Origin: Myxococcota bacterium | GTDB lineage: Bacteria; Myxococcota; JACRCW01 | DNA length: 47,828 nucleotides | Direction of reading: 5' to 3' | NCBI GenBank assembly: GCA_040752415.1 | Contig: JBFMGU010000055.1 | Coordinates: 1 to 47,828 of the forward strand | Shown here: positions 28,899 to 38,054 of the stretch, piece after piece | Position numbering within the stretch: the stretch's first letter is position 1 | How the letters are laid out: each line of letters begins with the position of its first letter | Position numbers and translations under genes: made by a program | The notes under the pieces: generated by a model | What the model saw: only the letters and a program-made list of their open reading frames with translations | The model's database searches: none | What the model was told of the DNA's origin: nothing

Positions 28899-29314
28899 GG
28901 GATGCTCGCCGCGCTGCTCTTGGCAGGGTGCAACGCTGGCGATCCCCGGTTCGCCGCGGAAACACCCCCCGGGTTCTGGATGGGCCTGTGGCACGACATG
29001 ATCTCGGGCGTGACGCTGGTGGTCGGAATCTTCAGCGACACCGTCAAGGTCCAGGAGGTCCACAACGCCGGCGGGCGGTACGACTTCGGATTCCTCCTCG
29101 GCGTGACGTGCATGTGGGGTGGTGGCTCCCACGGCTATCGACGACGGACCTTCAAGCGTCGCGAGGACAAGGAGTGGGAGGAGATCGCCACGAAGGTCGA
29201 AGCGAAGCTGAGAGAAGAACCGCCGAGTGGGCAGAGGCGGAGCCCGACGAGGACTGGAAGCTGGTGGAAGCCAAACTCAAACGCAGGCTCCGCGAGTGGG
29301 CCGACGAGCCCTGA
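28878..29314 (+). pseudogene. Small conserved membrane lipoprotein, frameshifted near 29211
   Basis: LLLAG-C, GFWMGLWH..EVHNAGGRYDFGFLLG. The C-terminal half (RRTAEWAEAEP..EAKLKRRLREWADEP, TGA 29312-29314) lies in another frame. Confidence 0.65.
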
Positions 29315-29459
29315 GCAGTGTGACGCCGTTGTGTTCCTGCGGTGGGCGGTCCGGCCGTTCCCGCGTCAACGACGCACTCTCCCGTCCTCGTCGCTGGGCA
29401 ACCCTCAGGCCTCTGTGGCACGGTGTGCGGAGCCGATTGGTCATCCCCACGAGGTTCCC

Positions 29460-30845
29460 GTGTTCAACCGCACCCGGTCCGCTGCATTGCTGGCATTGAC
29501 GCTGTCGACGTTCTCCTCGCTCACCCACGCCTCCAGCCACCGCGAAGCCCCGGCGATGCTGGAAGACCCCGCCGCGGATCTCACCGACGTGTACGCGTGG
29601 GTGGAAGGCAGCAACCTGATCGTCGTCGCCAATACCATGGGCATGGAGGCGCCGGAGGGCGGACCCAATTGGGCGAACTTCTCCGACGACATCCTCTACG
29701 AAGTCCACATCACCGGCGGCGGCAACACGCTGCTGGACCGACTCACGTACCAGTTCCGCTTCACCACCAGCCCGGTGCCCTACGTGGATCCCGGGAACCT
29801 CCAGGTGCCGCCGGGCGGCGGCAAGGAATTCTTCTCGCAGCTCGCCGGCGTGTTGCAGACGTACACGGTCACCAAGCTGACCAACGGCGAGAATCCCGTG
29901 GTGGTGGCCACCGGTGCGCGGGTTCCGCCGCCCAACGTGGGCGCCCGGACCAACAACCTTGTCAACGCCATCCCCCCGGGCCAGACGTATGAGCAGTTCT
30001 TCGTCGACAACGCCGGCACGAGCCGCATCCACGACCTGAGTGGCGGTGGCCGCGTGTTTGCCGGCCCGCGCGACGACCCGTTCTTCGTCGACCTGGGCGC
30101 GACCATGGACCTCGCGGGACTTCGCACCATCATCGGCGGGAACCCGCGGGATAGCCTGGCGCACACCAACGTCCACTCCCTGGTGCTGGAAATTCCGCTG
30201 ACGGAGGCCAACGGCGGCACTGCGGTGGTGCCCGGCACCTCCAATGCGCAGACCGTGGGCGTGTGGGCCTCCACGAGCCGTCGCAAGGTGACCATCCGTC
30301 GTCGCGACGGCAAACCCGAGCACACCGGTCCGTGGGTGCAGGTTTCACGACTGGGTTTTCCGCTGGTGAATGAAGTCTTCATTGGCCTGCAGGACAAGGA
30401 CCGTTACAACCAGCTCTCTCCCCTGACGGACGTTGCCAACTTTGCGGCGTACTGGCTGAGCCCCATCCTTGTCCGGGATGCGGAGCTCCTGGGTTTCTAC
30501 GCACCAGGCGGGCCGCTGGCGGGGTGTGGCGACATCAATCTCCTGAAGTCCAACCGCGTGGACATCCTGGATGTCATGACGCTCAACGGCGCGCTGGGGC
30601 ACACCCTCACCAGCTATGGCGACGTCCTGCGGATTGATTTGGGCACCGCCTCTGCTTTCCCCAACGGGCGCAAGCTCACGGATGACGTGGTGGACATTGG
30701 GCTCTCACTCATCCTGTGCCGCCTCCAGGCAACCATCCCCGACGGTGTAAACAGCAACGAGACCGCCTTCAGGAGCACGTTCCCCTTCCTCGCCGCGCCG
30801 TGGGAAGGGTTCTCCGCCAGCGCGCGGCCGGGAGCCGCCCCATGA
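29460..30845 (+). CDS. Secreted DUF4331-family protein
   Basis: Signal peptide followed by SSHREAP..ADLTDVYA, FAGPRDDPFFVDL, QVSRLGFPLVNE and FPNGRKLTDDVVD. GTG start at 29460 after GAGG. Confidence 0.9.
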   Translation: MFNRTRSAALLALTLSTFSSLTHASSHREAPAMLEDPAADLTDVYAWVEGSNLIVVANTMGMEAPEGGPNWANFSDDILYEVHITGGGNTLLDRLTYQFRFTTSPVPYVDPGNLQVPPGGGKEFFSQLAGVLQTYTVTKLTNGENPVVVATGARVPPPNVGARTNNLVNAIPPGQTYEQFFVDNAGTSRIHDLSGGGRVFAGPRDDPFFVDLGATMDLAGLRTIIGGNPRDSLAHTNVHSLVLEIPLTEANGGTAVVPGTSNAQTVGVWASTSRRKVTIRRRDGKPEHTGPWVQVSRLGFPLVNEVFIGLQDKDRYNQLSPLTDVANFAAYWLSPILVRDAELLGFYAPGGPLAGCGDINLLKSNRVDILDVMTLNGALGHTLTSYGDVLRIDLGTASAFPNGRKLTDDVVDIGLSLILCRLQATIPDGVNSNETAFRSTFPFLAAPWEGFSASARPGAAP

Positions 30846-32161
30846 TTCGCCGCCATCTCACGGGCGCGGCGGTGTTGCTGGGGTTGGTGCAGGGATGTGC
30901 CAACTGTGATCCCGGCGCGTCGTCGACATCCTCATCCTCGTCGTCCGGCGCCAGCACGTCGTCCAGCTCCTCCTCCGGTGACGTCGGCACATCGTCGTCC
31001 GGTGCATCGTCGTCGTCTTCCTCCTCCGCCGCCACGTCCTCGGCGTCCACCTCGTCCAGCGCCGCGTCGTCCTCCAGCAGCAGTGGAGCAAGCACGGGGA
31101 CCAGCACGTCCTCCAACTCGTCGTCCACCTCGTCGAGCACGGGCGGGATGTCCTCCTCCGCTGCCACGGGCACGTCCTCGAGCAGCGCAGCGTCAACCTC
31201 GTCCTCTGCCAGCTCGTCCGGGTCCACCTCAAGCTCGTCGGCCGCGTCGACCTCGAGCGCAACGTCGTCGTCATCGTCGTCTTCCACGTCGTCATCATCC
31301 AGCAGCAGTGGCGCGTCGCTGCCCACGGAGCTGACGGTGTTGACGAGCATGGCGCTCCCCATTGTGGCAACGCCCGCGCCCGCTGGTGATGAGCTCTACG
31401 TGGTTGCGCTGGAGGGTGCTGCGGACACCACGCGGACCTTTGGCCTGTACCGCTACAGCATCACGCAAGGCGGCCCGGCGGTGTCCCTCTATGCCGGCGA
31501 CGCGTTGGTCTATCCCACCGGGATTGCCACCGGCACGCTGGGACAATCCATCTACGTCGCGGACTCGGCCCATGAGGGTCTACCGCCGTCGGAGGTTGGC
31601 GGCATCTGGGTCTTCCCTGTCACGGGCGGAGATCCTTCCTTGCTCCTGGGTGGTCGCATCCGCGGGCTGACGGTCAAGGACGAGAATGCCACCGACGTCA
31701 TCTACTTCACGCGCATGGACGGTGATGGAGCTCCGCGGGTCAGCCGCATCACTTCCCAGGGGAGCAACCTGCAGGACCTCTGGGTGGGAGCGCCGCTGGT
31801 GGATCCGTCGGGCATTGCCCTGACCGCGGAAGGGGAGGTCTACGTGGCGGATACCTTCAACGACGGTGCGACGCGGACCACGTCGGTGTTCCACATCACG
31901 AACGGAGTGGCGACGCCGCTGCCGCTGTCATTCCGCACGGGCACCCCTTGTGGCGTTGCGTTGTCCGTGTTGGAGGAGGTCCTGTACGTGAGCGCCCTGG
32001 ATGCCTCCGGGCAAAGCGCGGTGCGCGCGGTGGACCTGCTGCAGCTCACCACCGTGGAGTTCGCGACGTCCGGGAACGAGCCCGCGGGGTTGCAGCGCGC
32101 GCATGACCTCAACGTGTTTTCCTGGGTCGACCTCGGCGGCAACATCATGGTGCTGCAATAG
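30842..32161 (+). CDS. Lipoprotein with ~135-aa poly-Ser tether and NHL/SMP-30-like beta-propeller
   Basis: MIRRHLTGAAVLLGLVQG-C and repeated P.GIA....YVAD blades. ATGA overlap with the DUF4331 stop codon. Confidence 0.8.
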   Translation: MIRRHLTGAAVLLGLVQGCANCDPGASSTSSSSSSGASTSSSSSSGDVGTSSSGASSSSSSSAATSSASTSSSAASSSSSSGASTGTSTSSNSSSTSSSTGGMSSSAATGTSSSSAASTSSSASSSGSTSSSSAASTSSATSSSSSSSTSSSSSSSGASLPTELTVLTSMALPIVATPAPAGDELYVVALEGAADTTRTFGLYRYSITQGGPAVSLYAGDALVYPTGIATGTLGQSIYVADSAHEGLPPSEVGGIWVFPVTGGDPSLLLGGRIRGLTVKDENATDVIYFTRMDGDGAPRVSRITSQGSNLQDLWVGAPLVDPSGIALTAEGEVYVADTFNDGATRTTSVFHITNGVATPLPLSFRTGTPCGVALSVLEEVLYVSALDASGQSAVRAVDLLQLTTVEFATSGNEPAGLQRAHDLNVFSWVDLGGNIMVLQ

Positions 32162-32358
32162 TGCCGTCGTGACCGGGTGATGGGACGTTGTGCGCCGCGC
32201 CGCGGTGAAGCGTGCGGTGAAGCGCGTGTGGATCACGGCCTGATGCAGATGGCGCCGTATCCGTCGTCCTCGAGGATTTGACCGGCCGGGCAGGTGGTGC
32301 CGCGGTCCAGCAGGTCCCCGCAGTCCCTCGACGAGAAGATCCGAGGCAATGGCGCGGT

Positions 32359-32682
32359 TCAGGCGTGGGAGGCCGCGCGGGACCGGAGACGTTCGCGCAG
32401 ATGCAGGATGAGCAGGATGACTCCGGTCTCGTACAGCTCCTCACCCAGGAACACGAGGCCAAACACCCACGCGGCGCGCGAGTCCATGGCCAGGCCCGCG
32501 GCGATGCATGCGCACGCCACCGCCACCACGACGTCACGAATGCCACGAACCAACCAGAAGGGCGCCTCGGGCCGGGTGGGCTCCCGCAGACCGCGCCCAA
32601 GCCGGGGCAGCCCGCGAATCAGCGTGAAGACCACCACCACGACGAGAAGCCCCACCACCAGCCGTGCCGTGACGTCATCCAT
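32359..32682 (-). CDS. Small membrane protein
   Basis: GGAGG RBS before ATG 32682, three hydrophobic segments and a GEELYETG motif. Confidence 0.7.
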   Translation of the reverse strand: MDDVTARLVVGLLVVVVVFTLIRGLPRLGRGLREPTRPEAPFWLVRGIRDVVVAVACACIAAGLAMDSRAAWVFGLVFLGEELYETGVILLILHLRERLRSRAASHA

Positions 32683-32754
32683 GGTTCCTCCTGCGGATGA
32701 CGTTACGAACGTCGCGCAGCCGGGGCGATGACCTCCGAGGTAAACGCTGGGCCC

Positions 32755-32972
32755 TCACGCGCGTCGGGCGCGACGCACGAACAACACCGCGGCCAACAAG
32801 GCAAGCATCGAAGCCACCGGGTCCCGTGGCGTGGCGCACTGACATCCGGAGCCTTCGCCCCCGCTGCCCCCGTCGGACGCGTCGCTGCTCAAGGACGTTG
32901 TCACACCGCCACTGCTGGGGGGCGGGCCAGGAGCAACACGGCGGCAGTCAGCAACACCCCGCGCATGGTCAT
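32755..32972 (-). pseudogene. Signal peptide joined out of frame to a MYXO-CTERM tail (internally deleted or frameshifted surface-protein gene)
   Basis: MTMRGVLLTAAVLLLARPP in one frame and SSGG..GSGCQCAT..MLALLAAVLFVRRARRA in another. The frames switch at a G6 run (32917-32922). Confidence 0.6.
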
Positions 32973-33090
32973 CCTCGGTCGACGTTTGACGTCGACAACG
33001 GGAGCCCACGGGATCACCAGGGCACGGATGTGCCGTGCCGGATCCCGGCGGTGGCGTCAAACCTGCTCAGGGAAACGAAGCGGGCCTGGC

Positions 33091-36000
33091 TCAGAAGGAC
33101 TCGTCACTGTCCACCGGGGAGGAGCACTGCGGGTCATCCCCGTCAATGAGACCGTCCCCGTCGTCGTCCTCGCCGTTGGAGCAGAGTGCGAGGTTGTTCT
33201 GCGCCGGCTCGGGCAGACCGTAGAAGTAGCAGTCCACGTCCTCCAGGTCGGTCCAGTGGTCACCGTCGTCGTCGATGCCGTTGTGGCAGATGCCGGTCTC
33301 ATCCACGTACCAGCCGGCCGCGCACTCGGGGTCATCCACGTCCGCAAGCCCGTCGCCGTCGTTATCCTGGCCGTCGTTGCAGGCATTAAAGGAGGTGGGG
33401 AAGGACTCCGGCCCACCGTAACCGTGGCAGTCGGGATCGTCGTCGTCGAACCACCCGTCGCCGTCGCCGTCAAGCCCGTCGTCGCAGCTCGGGCTCTCGT
33501 CGGAGTCGTTGGCGCTGATGCAGTACGGGTCGTCCCCGTCCGCCAGGCCGTTGCCGTCGTCATCCACGCCGTTGCTGCACGCGCTCTGGTTGTTGACGCC
33601 GCGCTCGGGTGCGTACGTCTGGCAATCCAGGTCAGCCCCGTCGGCCCAGCCGTCGCCGTCGTTGTCTTGGCCGTCGCGGCACGTCCCCTCGTCCTCCACG
33701 CCGCCGGAGTAGCAGTCGCCAGTGTCCTCGGCGTCGGTGAGCCCGTCACCGTCGTCGTCGATGCCGTTGTTGCACAGGAAGAACGGCATCAGGCCGCGCT
33801 CCGGGCCGCCGGCGTCGCAATCCGGGTCGCTGTAGTCGGTCCAGCCGTCACCGTCCTCATCCCCGTTGTTGGCGCAGGAGTCCGACTCGTCATTGTCCGA
33901 GCCGGAGACACAATTCTGGAAGTCCTCGGCGTCTGCCCCGCCGTTGTCGTCGTCGTCCACGCCGTTGTTGCACTGGATGGAGAGGTCGAACCCGGACTCG
34001 TCACGGTTGGCCGCGCAGTCGGGATCGGCCGCGTCAGCCCAGCCGTCGTTGTCGTCGTCCTCGAAGTTGGCGCAGGTGTCGGGAATCTCGTCGGTGTCCT
34101 GGGCGTCGCGACAGCCCGGGTCTTCCGCGTCCACCAGGCCGTCTCCGTCGCCATCCTGGTTGTCGTTGCACGGACCACCCGGCGCGCCGTCCCGCTCCTG
34201 GCCGATGCTGGCGCAGGCGGGATCCGCATCGTCGATCCAGCCGTCGTAGTCGTCGTCCAGGCCATTGGTGCAGGAGCGCAGCTCGTCGTCCTGGGACGGG
34301 TCGGTGCACTCCAGGTCCAACGCGTCGTAGGAACCGTCGTTGTCGTCATCCAGGCCGTTGTTGCACTGGGTGGTGCCCAGGCCCGCCTCGCGGCCCAGGG
34401 TGGCGCAGTCCGGGTCCCTTGCGTCAAGCCAGCCGTCCAGGTCGTCGTCGCGGCCGTTGGCGCACGGGGGCGCCTCGGAGTCGGTGTTGTTGGTGAGGCA
34501 CTGGGGGTCAAACCCGTCCACGCGGCCATCGTCATCGTCATCCACGCCATTGGCGCACTGCGGCTGGTAGCGCTCACCCTTCTCCCCGGTGTTGGGGCTG
34601 AGCACGCACTCCAGGTCCGCCCCGTCCACAAAGCTGTCGCCGTCGTTGTCGACGCCGTCGCCGCAGAAGCCCTCGTCATCATCCAGGCCGGACTGGCAGG
34701 AGGGATCCTGGGCGTCGGTGAGCCCGTTGTTGTTCTCGTCGTAGCCGTTGTTGCAGCGGTATCCTGACGTTGTGTACTGCTCCGGTCCGCCGTTGAGACA
34801 GTCCGGGTCCCGATCATCCACCCAGCCGTCGGAGTCGTCGTCGGCGCCGTTGGCGCAGGAGTTGGACTCGTCGCGGTCCCAACCATTCTGGCAGTCGGGG
34901 TCCAGCTCGTCCGCGAGGTTGTCGGCGTCATCGTCATCGCCGTCGCTGCAGGCGTAAGTCCCCGCGACCGCGTTCTCCTCCTTGCCCTCATGGCAGGACG
35001 GGTCATCCTCGTCGGTCCAACCGTCGCTGTCGTCGTCCAGGTCATCCTTGCAGCTGGCGGGCAGCTCATTGTCGCGGCCGTCCACGCAGTCGGTATCCAG
35101 CGCGTCGACGAACCCGTCACCGTCGTTGTCCACGCCGTCGTTGCACGGCGCGTCCCAGCGGCCCATCTCCGGGCGACCGTGGTAGCAATCCGGGTCCGCC
35201 TCGTCGGTCCAGCCGTCGCCGTCGTTGTCCTCGGTGTCGGAGCAGACGCCCACCTCGTCATCCATGCCGCCAAAGGTGCAGCTGGGGTCCTGGGCGTCGC
35301 GGGTGCCATCACCGTCGTCATCCACGCCGTTGTTGCACTCCGCGGTGCCGTAGCCGTGCTCGCCCTGCAAACCGAGGCACTCCGGGTCATCGAAGTCGCT
35401 CCAGCCGTCCCCGTCGTCGTCGAGGTTGTTGGAGCAGGTCCCGCCCTCGTCGTTGGCAAAGGGTCCGGGACAGCCCGCCTCGTCGTCGCCGTCGGTCAGG
35501 CCGTCGTTGTCGTCGTCCACACCGTTGGTGCAGGCGGTGAGGTCATTGAAGCCGGATTCTCCCTGCTGGGGGAAGAACGTGCAGTCCGGGTCCTCGGAGT
35601 CGGGCCAGGTGTCCGCGTCGTTGTCCACGCCGTCCTGGCAGGTTCCCTCGTCACGGTCCCTGCCCTCGAGGCAGTCCGCGTCAGCGGCGTCGGTGGAACC
35701 GTCGTTGTCGTTGTCCACGCCGTCATTGCAGGCGTAGGCGGGGTTGACAAGCTGGGTCTCCGGACCGCCGGACCCGTCACGACAATCCGGGTCGTAGTAG
35801 TCGGTCCAGCCGTCGTTGTCATCGTCGACGCCGTCCGCGCAGGAGCCGGATTCATCCTGCATCAGACCGGTCCAGCAGCTCTGGTAGTCCTGGTGGTCGG
35901 TCAGGCCGTCGTTGTCGTCATCAATCCCGTTGTTGCACAGGTAGCTCGGGTCCCGGCCGGACTCTTCCCGGTTGTTGATGCAGTCGGGGTCGGCGTCGTC

Positions 36001-37953
36001 CGCCCAGGCGTCGCGGTCGTCGTCATAGCCGTTGGCGCAGGTGGCGGGGACCTCGTCCGCGTCGGCGCCTTCGGAGCAGCCGGGGTCATTCCCGTCGGTG
36101 AGGCCGTCGCCGTCGTCGTCCTGGCCGTTGTCGCACGCGGTGTAGCTCAGGCCGCGCTCCGGGCCGCCCAGGGTCACGCACTCCGCGTCCGCCGCGTCCG
36201 TCCAGCCGTCACCGTCGTTGTCCTGGCCGTCGGAACACCCGCCCAGCTCGTCGTTGCCGGCGCCGTCCAGGCACCCGGGGTCGTCGCTGTCGACCAGGCC
36301 GTCCAGGTCATCATCCAGGCCATTGTTGCACTGGCGGCCCGCGCTGCGCACGCCCTGCTCCGGCAAACCCGCGCGACAATCCGGGTCCTGCTGGTCCACC
36401 CAGCCATCCGCGTCGTTGTCCTGGGAGTCCGCGCAGGTGCCGGCCTCATCACTGCTCCGTGCGCTGGTGCAGTCATCGTCGTCAGCGTCGATGTCGCCGT
36501 CGTTGTCGTCGTCAATGCCGTTGGTGCAGCCGGTGGCGTCATTGAGGCCGCTCTCACCGCGGCCGAGCACCAGGCAGTCGTAATCCTCGCCGTCCACCCA
36601 GCCATCATTGTCGTTGTCCTGTCCGTCACCGCAGGTGCCCTCGTCGGGGTCGGCGCCGTTCACGCAGTCGGAATCCTGGGCGTCGGAGGAGCCGTCCTGG
36701 TCGTCGTCGATCCCGTTGTTGCACAGGACGGCGGTGACCGGCTCCGTCTCCGGACCAAAGCCGGGAGCGCAGTCGGCGTCGCCCACGTCGGTCCAGCCGT
36801 CGTTGTCGTCGTCGATCCCGTTGTTGCAGGAGGTGGACTCGTCGTTGTCCAGGCCGGAGACGCAGTTGGGATCGCGCGCGTCCGCGTAGTTGAGGCCGTC
36901 GTCATCCTGGTTGTTGTTGCATGCGTAGTCGGGGTTGTAGCCGGACTCGTCGCGGTCCTCGCGGCAGTCCGGGTCATGGCGGTCGGCCCAGCCATCGTGG
37001 TCGTTGTCGGCGCCGTCGGTGCAGCTGTCGGGAGCTTCCGCGGTGCGCCACCCGCTCAGGCAGTAGGGGTCCGCGGCGTCAGTCCGGCCGTCGTGGTCGT
37101 CGTCGATTCCGTTGTTGCACACGTTGGCGCTCAGGCCCGCCTCCTCGTAGACGGTGTGGCAGTCCGGGTCCTGGAGGTCGGTCCAACCGTCGCCGTCGCT
37201 GTCCGCCCCGTCGCGACAGCTGGGATGCAGCGGCAGGCACGCGGACCCGCCGCTGTCCTGGGAACGACACGTGTAGCCCGAGCGGCACGGCGCAACCGCG
37301 TTGGGGTCGCAGCCCTGCAGGCACACGCCGTGGTTGGAGCCCTCCACCGCGGTGCAGATGCCGTTGGCGGGACAATCCTGCAGGTCCACGTTGCACCACT
37401 CCGAGCAGTAGCCGTCGGGCAGCGACCCGTCGGTGAGGCACACCGGGTCGTTGTTGCTGGCCTGACAGTCGGTGGCGACAGAGCACGCGGAGCCCGGCGT
37501 GCCCGCGCCCGGCGTGCAGTCCGCGGAGACCGCGCGGCAGGCGGTGTCGTCGGCGCAATCGATGTCACCGTCGGCGTCGTCGTCCAGGCCGTTGGTGCAG
37601 TTGCTCTCCGTGGGCGCGCCGGAGGACGAGGAGGAGGAGGAACCCCCACCCGACGTGCTGCCGGATGACGACGAGGAGCCCACGTTCCCGGAGCTGGACA
37701 CGCCGCTGCTGGAGGACGACACGCCGGCGCTGGACGAGCTGCTCACCACGCCGGAGCTGGAAGAGGCGGACCCGGTGCTGGATGAGGTCCCCGAGGTGCT
37801 GCCGGAGCTGGACTCGCTGCTGATGCTGCCGGAGCTGCTGGAAGATGTGCTGCCCGGCTCCCCCGACGACGACGAAGCGCCGCCCCCCGTGGCGGTACAG
37901 CCCACGACGAGCGCGCAGGATGCGGCAAACAATCCGGAACGGATCCAGCTCAT
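33091..37953 (-). CDS. Giant Asp/Cys-rich repeat lipoprotein with 43 C-x2-G-x-D-x-D-x-D-G-x2-D-x2-D-x2-C motifs (putative Ca2+/metal binding)
   Basis: AAGGAG RBS, lipobox VVG-C and a poly-Ser tether. Motifs counted by eye from the translation. Confidence 0.9.
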   Translation of the reverse strand: MSWIRSGLFAASCALVVGCTATGGGASSSSGEPGSTSSSSSGSISSESSSGSTSGTSSSTGSASSSSGVVSSSSSAGVSSSSSGVSSSGNVGSSSSSGSTSGGGSSSSSSSGAPTESNCTNGLDDDADGDIDCADDTACRAVSADCTPGAGTPGSACSVATDCQASNNDPVCLTDGSLPDGYCSEWCNVDLQDCPANGICTAVEGSNHGVCLQGCDPNAVAPCRSGYTCRSQDSGGSACLPLHPSCRDGADSDGDGWTDLQDPDCHTVYEEAGLSANVCNNGIDDDHDGRTDAADPYCLSGWRTAEAPDSCTDGADNDHDGWADRHDPDCREDRDESGYNPDYACNNNQDDDGLNYADARDPNCVSGLDNDESTSCNNGIDDDNDGWTDVGDADCAPGFGPETEPVTAVLCNNGIDDDQDGSSDAQDSDCVNGADPDEGTCGDGQDNDNDGWVDGEDYDCLVLGRGESGLNDATGCTNGIDDDNDGDIDADDDDCTSARSSDEAGTCADSQDNDADGWVDQQDPDCRAGLPEQGVRSAGRQCNNGLDDDLDGLVDSDDPGCLDGAGNDELGGCSDGQDNDGDGWTDAADAECVTLGGPERGLSYTACDNGQDDDGDGLTDGNDPGCSEGADADEVPATCANGYDDDRDAWADDADPDCINNREESGRDPSYLCNNGIDDDNDGLTDHQDYQSCWTGLMQDESGSCADGVDDDNDGWTDYYDPDCRDGSGGPETQLVNPAYACNDGVDNDNDGSTDAADADCLEGRDRDEGTCQDGVDNDADTWPDSEDPDCTFFPQQGESGFNDLTACTNGVDDDNDGLTDGDDEAGCPGPFANDEGGTCSNNLDDDGDGWSDFDDPECLGLQGEHGYGTAECNNGVDDDGDGTRDAQDPSCTFGGMDDEVGVCSDTEDNDGDGWTDEADPDCYHGRPEMGRWDAPCNDGVDNDGDGFVDALDTDCVDGRDNELPASCKDDLDDDSDGWTDEDDPSCHEGKEENAVAGTYACSDGDDDDADNLADELDPDCQNGWDRDESNSCANGADDDSDGWVDDRDPDCLNGGPEQYTTSGYRCNNGYDENNNGLTDAQDPSCQSGLDDDEGFCGDGVDNDGDSFVDGADLECVLSPNTGEKGERYQPQCANGVDDDDDGRVDGFDPQCLTNNTDSEAPPCANGRDDDLDGWLDARDPDCATLGREAGLGTTQCNNGLDDDNDGSYDALDLECTDPSQDDELRSCTNGLDDDYDGWIDDADPACASIGQERDGAPGGPCNDNQDGDGDGLVDAEDPGCRDAQDTDEIPDTCANFEDDDNDGWADAADPDCAANRDESGFDLSIQCNNGVDDDDNGGADAEDFQNCVSGSDNDESDSCANNGDEDGDGWTDYSDPDCDAGGPERGLMPFFLCNNGIDDDGDGLTDAEDTGDCYSGGVEDEGTCRDGQDNDGDGWADGADLDCQTYAPERGVNNQSACSNGVDDDGNGLADGDDPYCISANDSDESPSCDDGLDGDGDGWFDDDDPDCHGYGGPESFPTSFNACNDGQDNDGDGLADVDDPECAAGWYVDETGICHNGIDDDGDHWTDLEDVDCYFYGLPEPAQNNLALCSNGEDDDGDGLIDGDDPQCSSPVDSDESF

Positions 37954-38009
37954 GGTTGCTCCTTGTTGCAGAGGTGTTTCACCGCGCCTGGGTTTTCACG
38001 CGCACGTCA

Positions 38010-38046
38010 CGTCGGAGCGGACCCGGTTGCGTGGCCCGCTCCGACG
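38010..38046. terminator. 11-bp perfect inverted repeat between two co-oriented lipoprotein genes (terminator or mRNA-stabilising hairpin)
   Basis: cgtcggagcgg (38010-38020) / ccgctccgacg (38036-38046), 8 bp beyond the stop of the 38055 gene. No U-tract. Confidence 0.45.
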
Positions 38047-38054
38047 AGCGTCAC

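Noticed and set aside
28878..30845. 655-aa lipoprotein-DUF4331 fusion from the ORF track
   Set aside because: It arises from frameshift read-through. The DUF4331 gene has its own RBS, GTG start and signal peptide at 29460.
33061..33093. Stop read-through attaching the MYXO-CTERM tail to the giant Asp-rich protein
   Set aside because: A second in-frame TGA follows within eight codons, a hairpin (33009-33047) intervenes, and the tail has its own upstream signal peptide.
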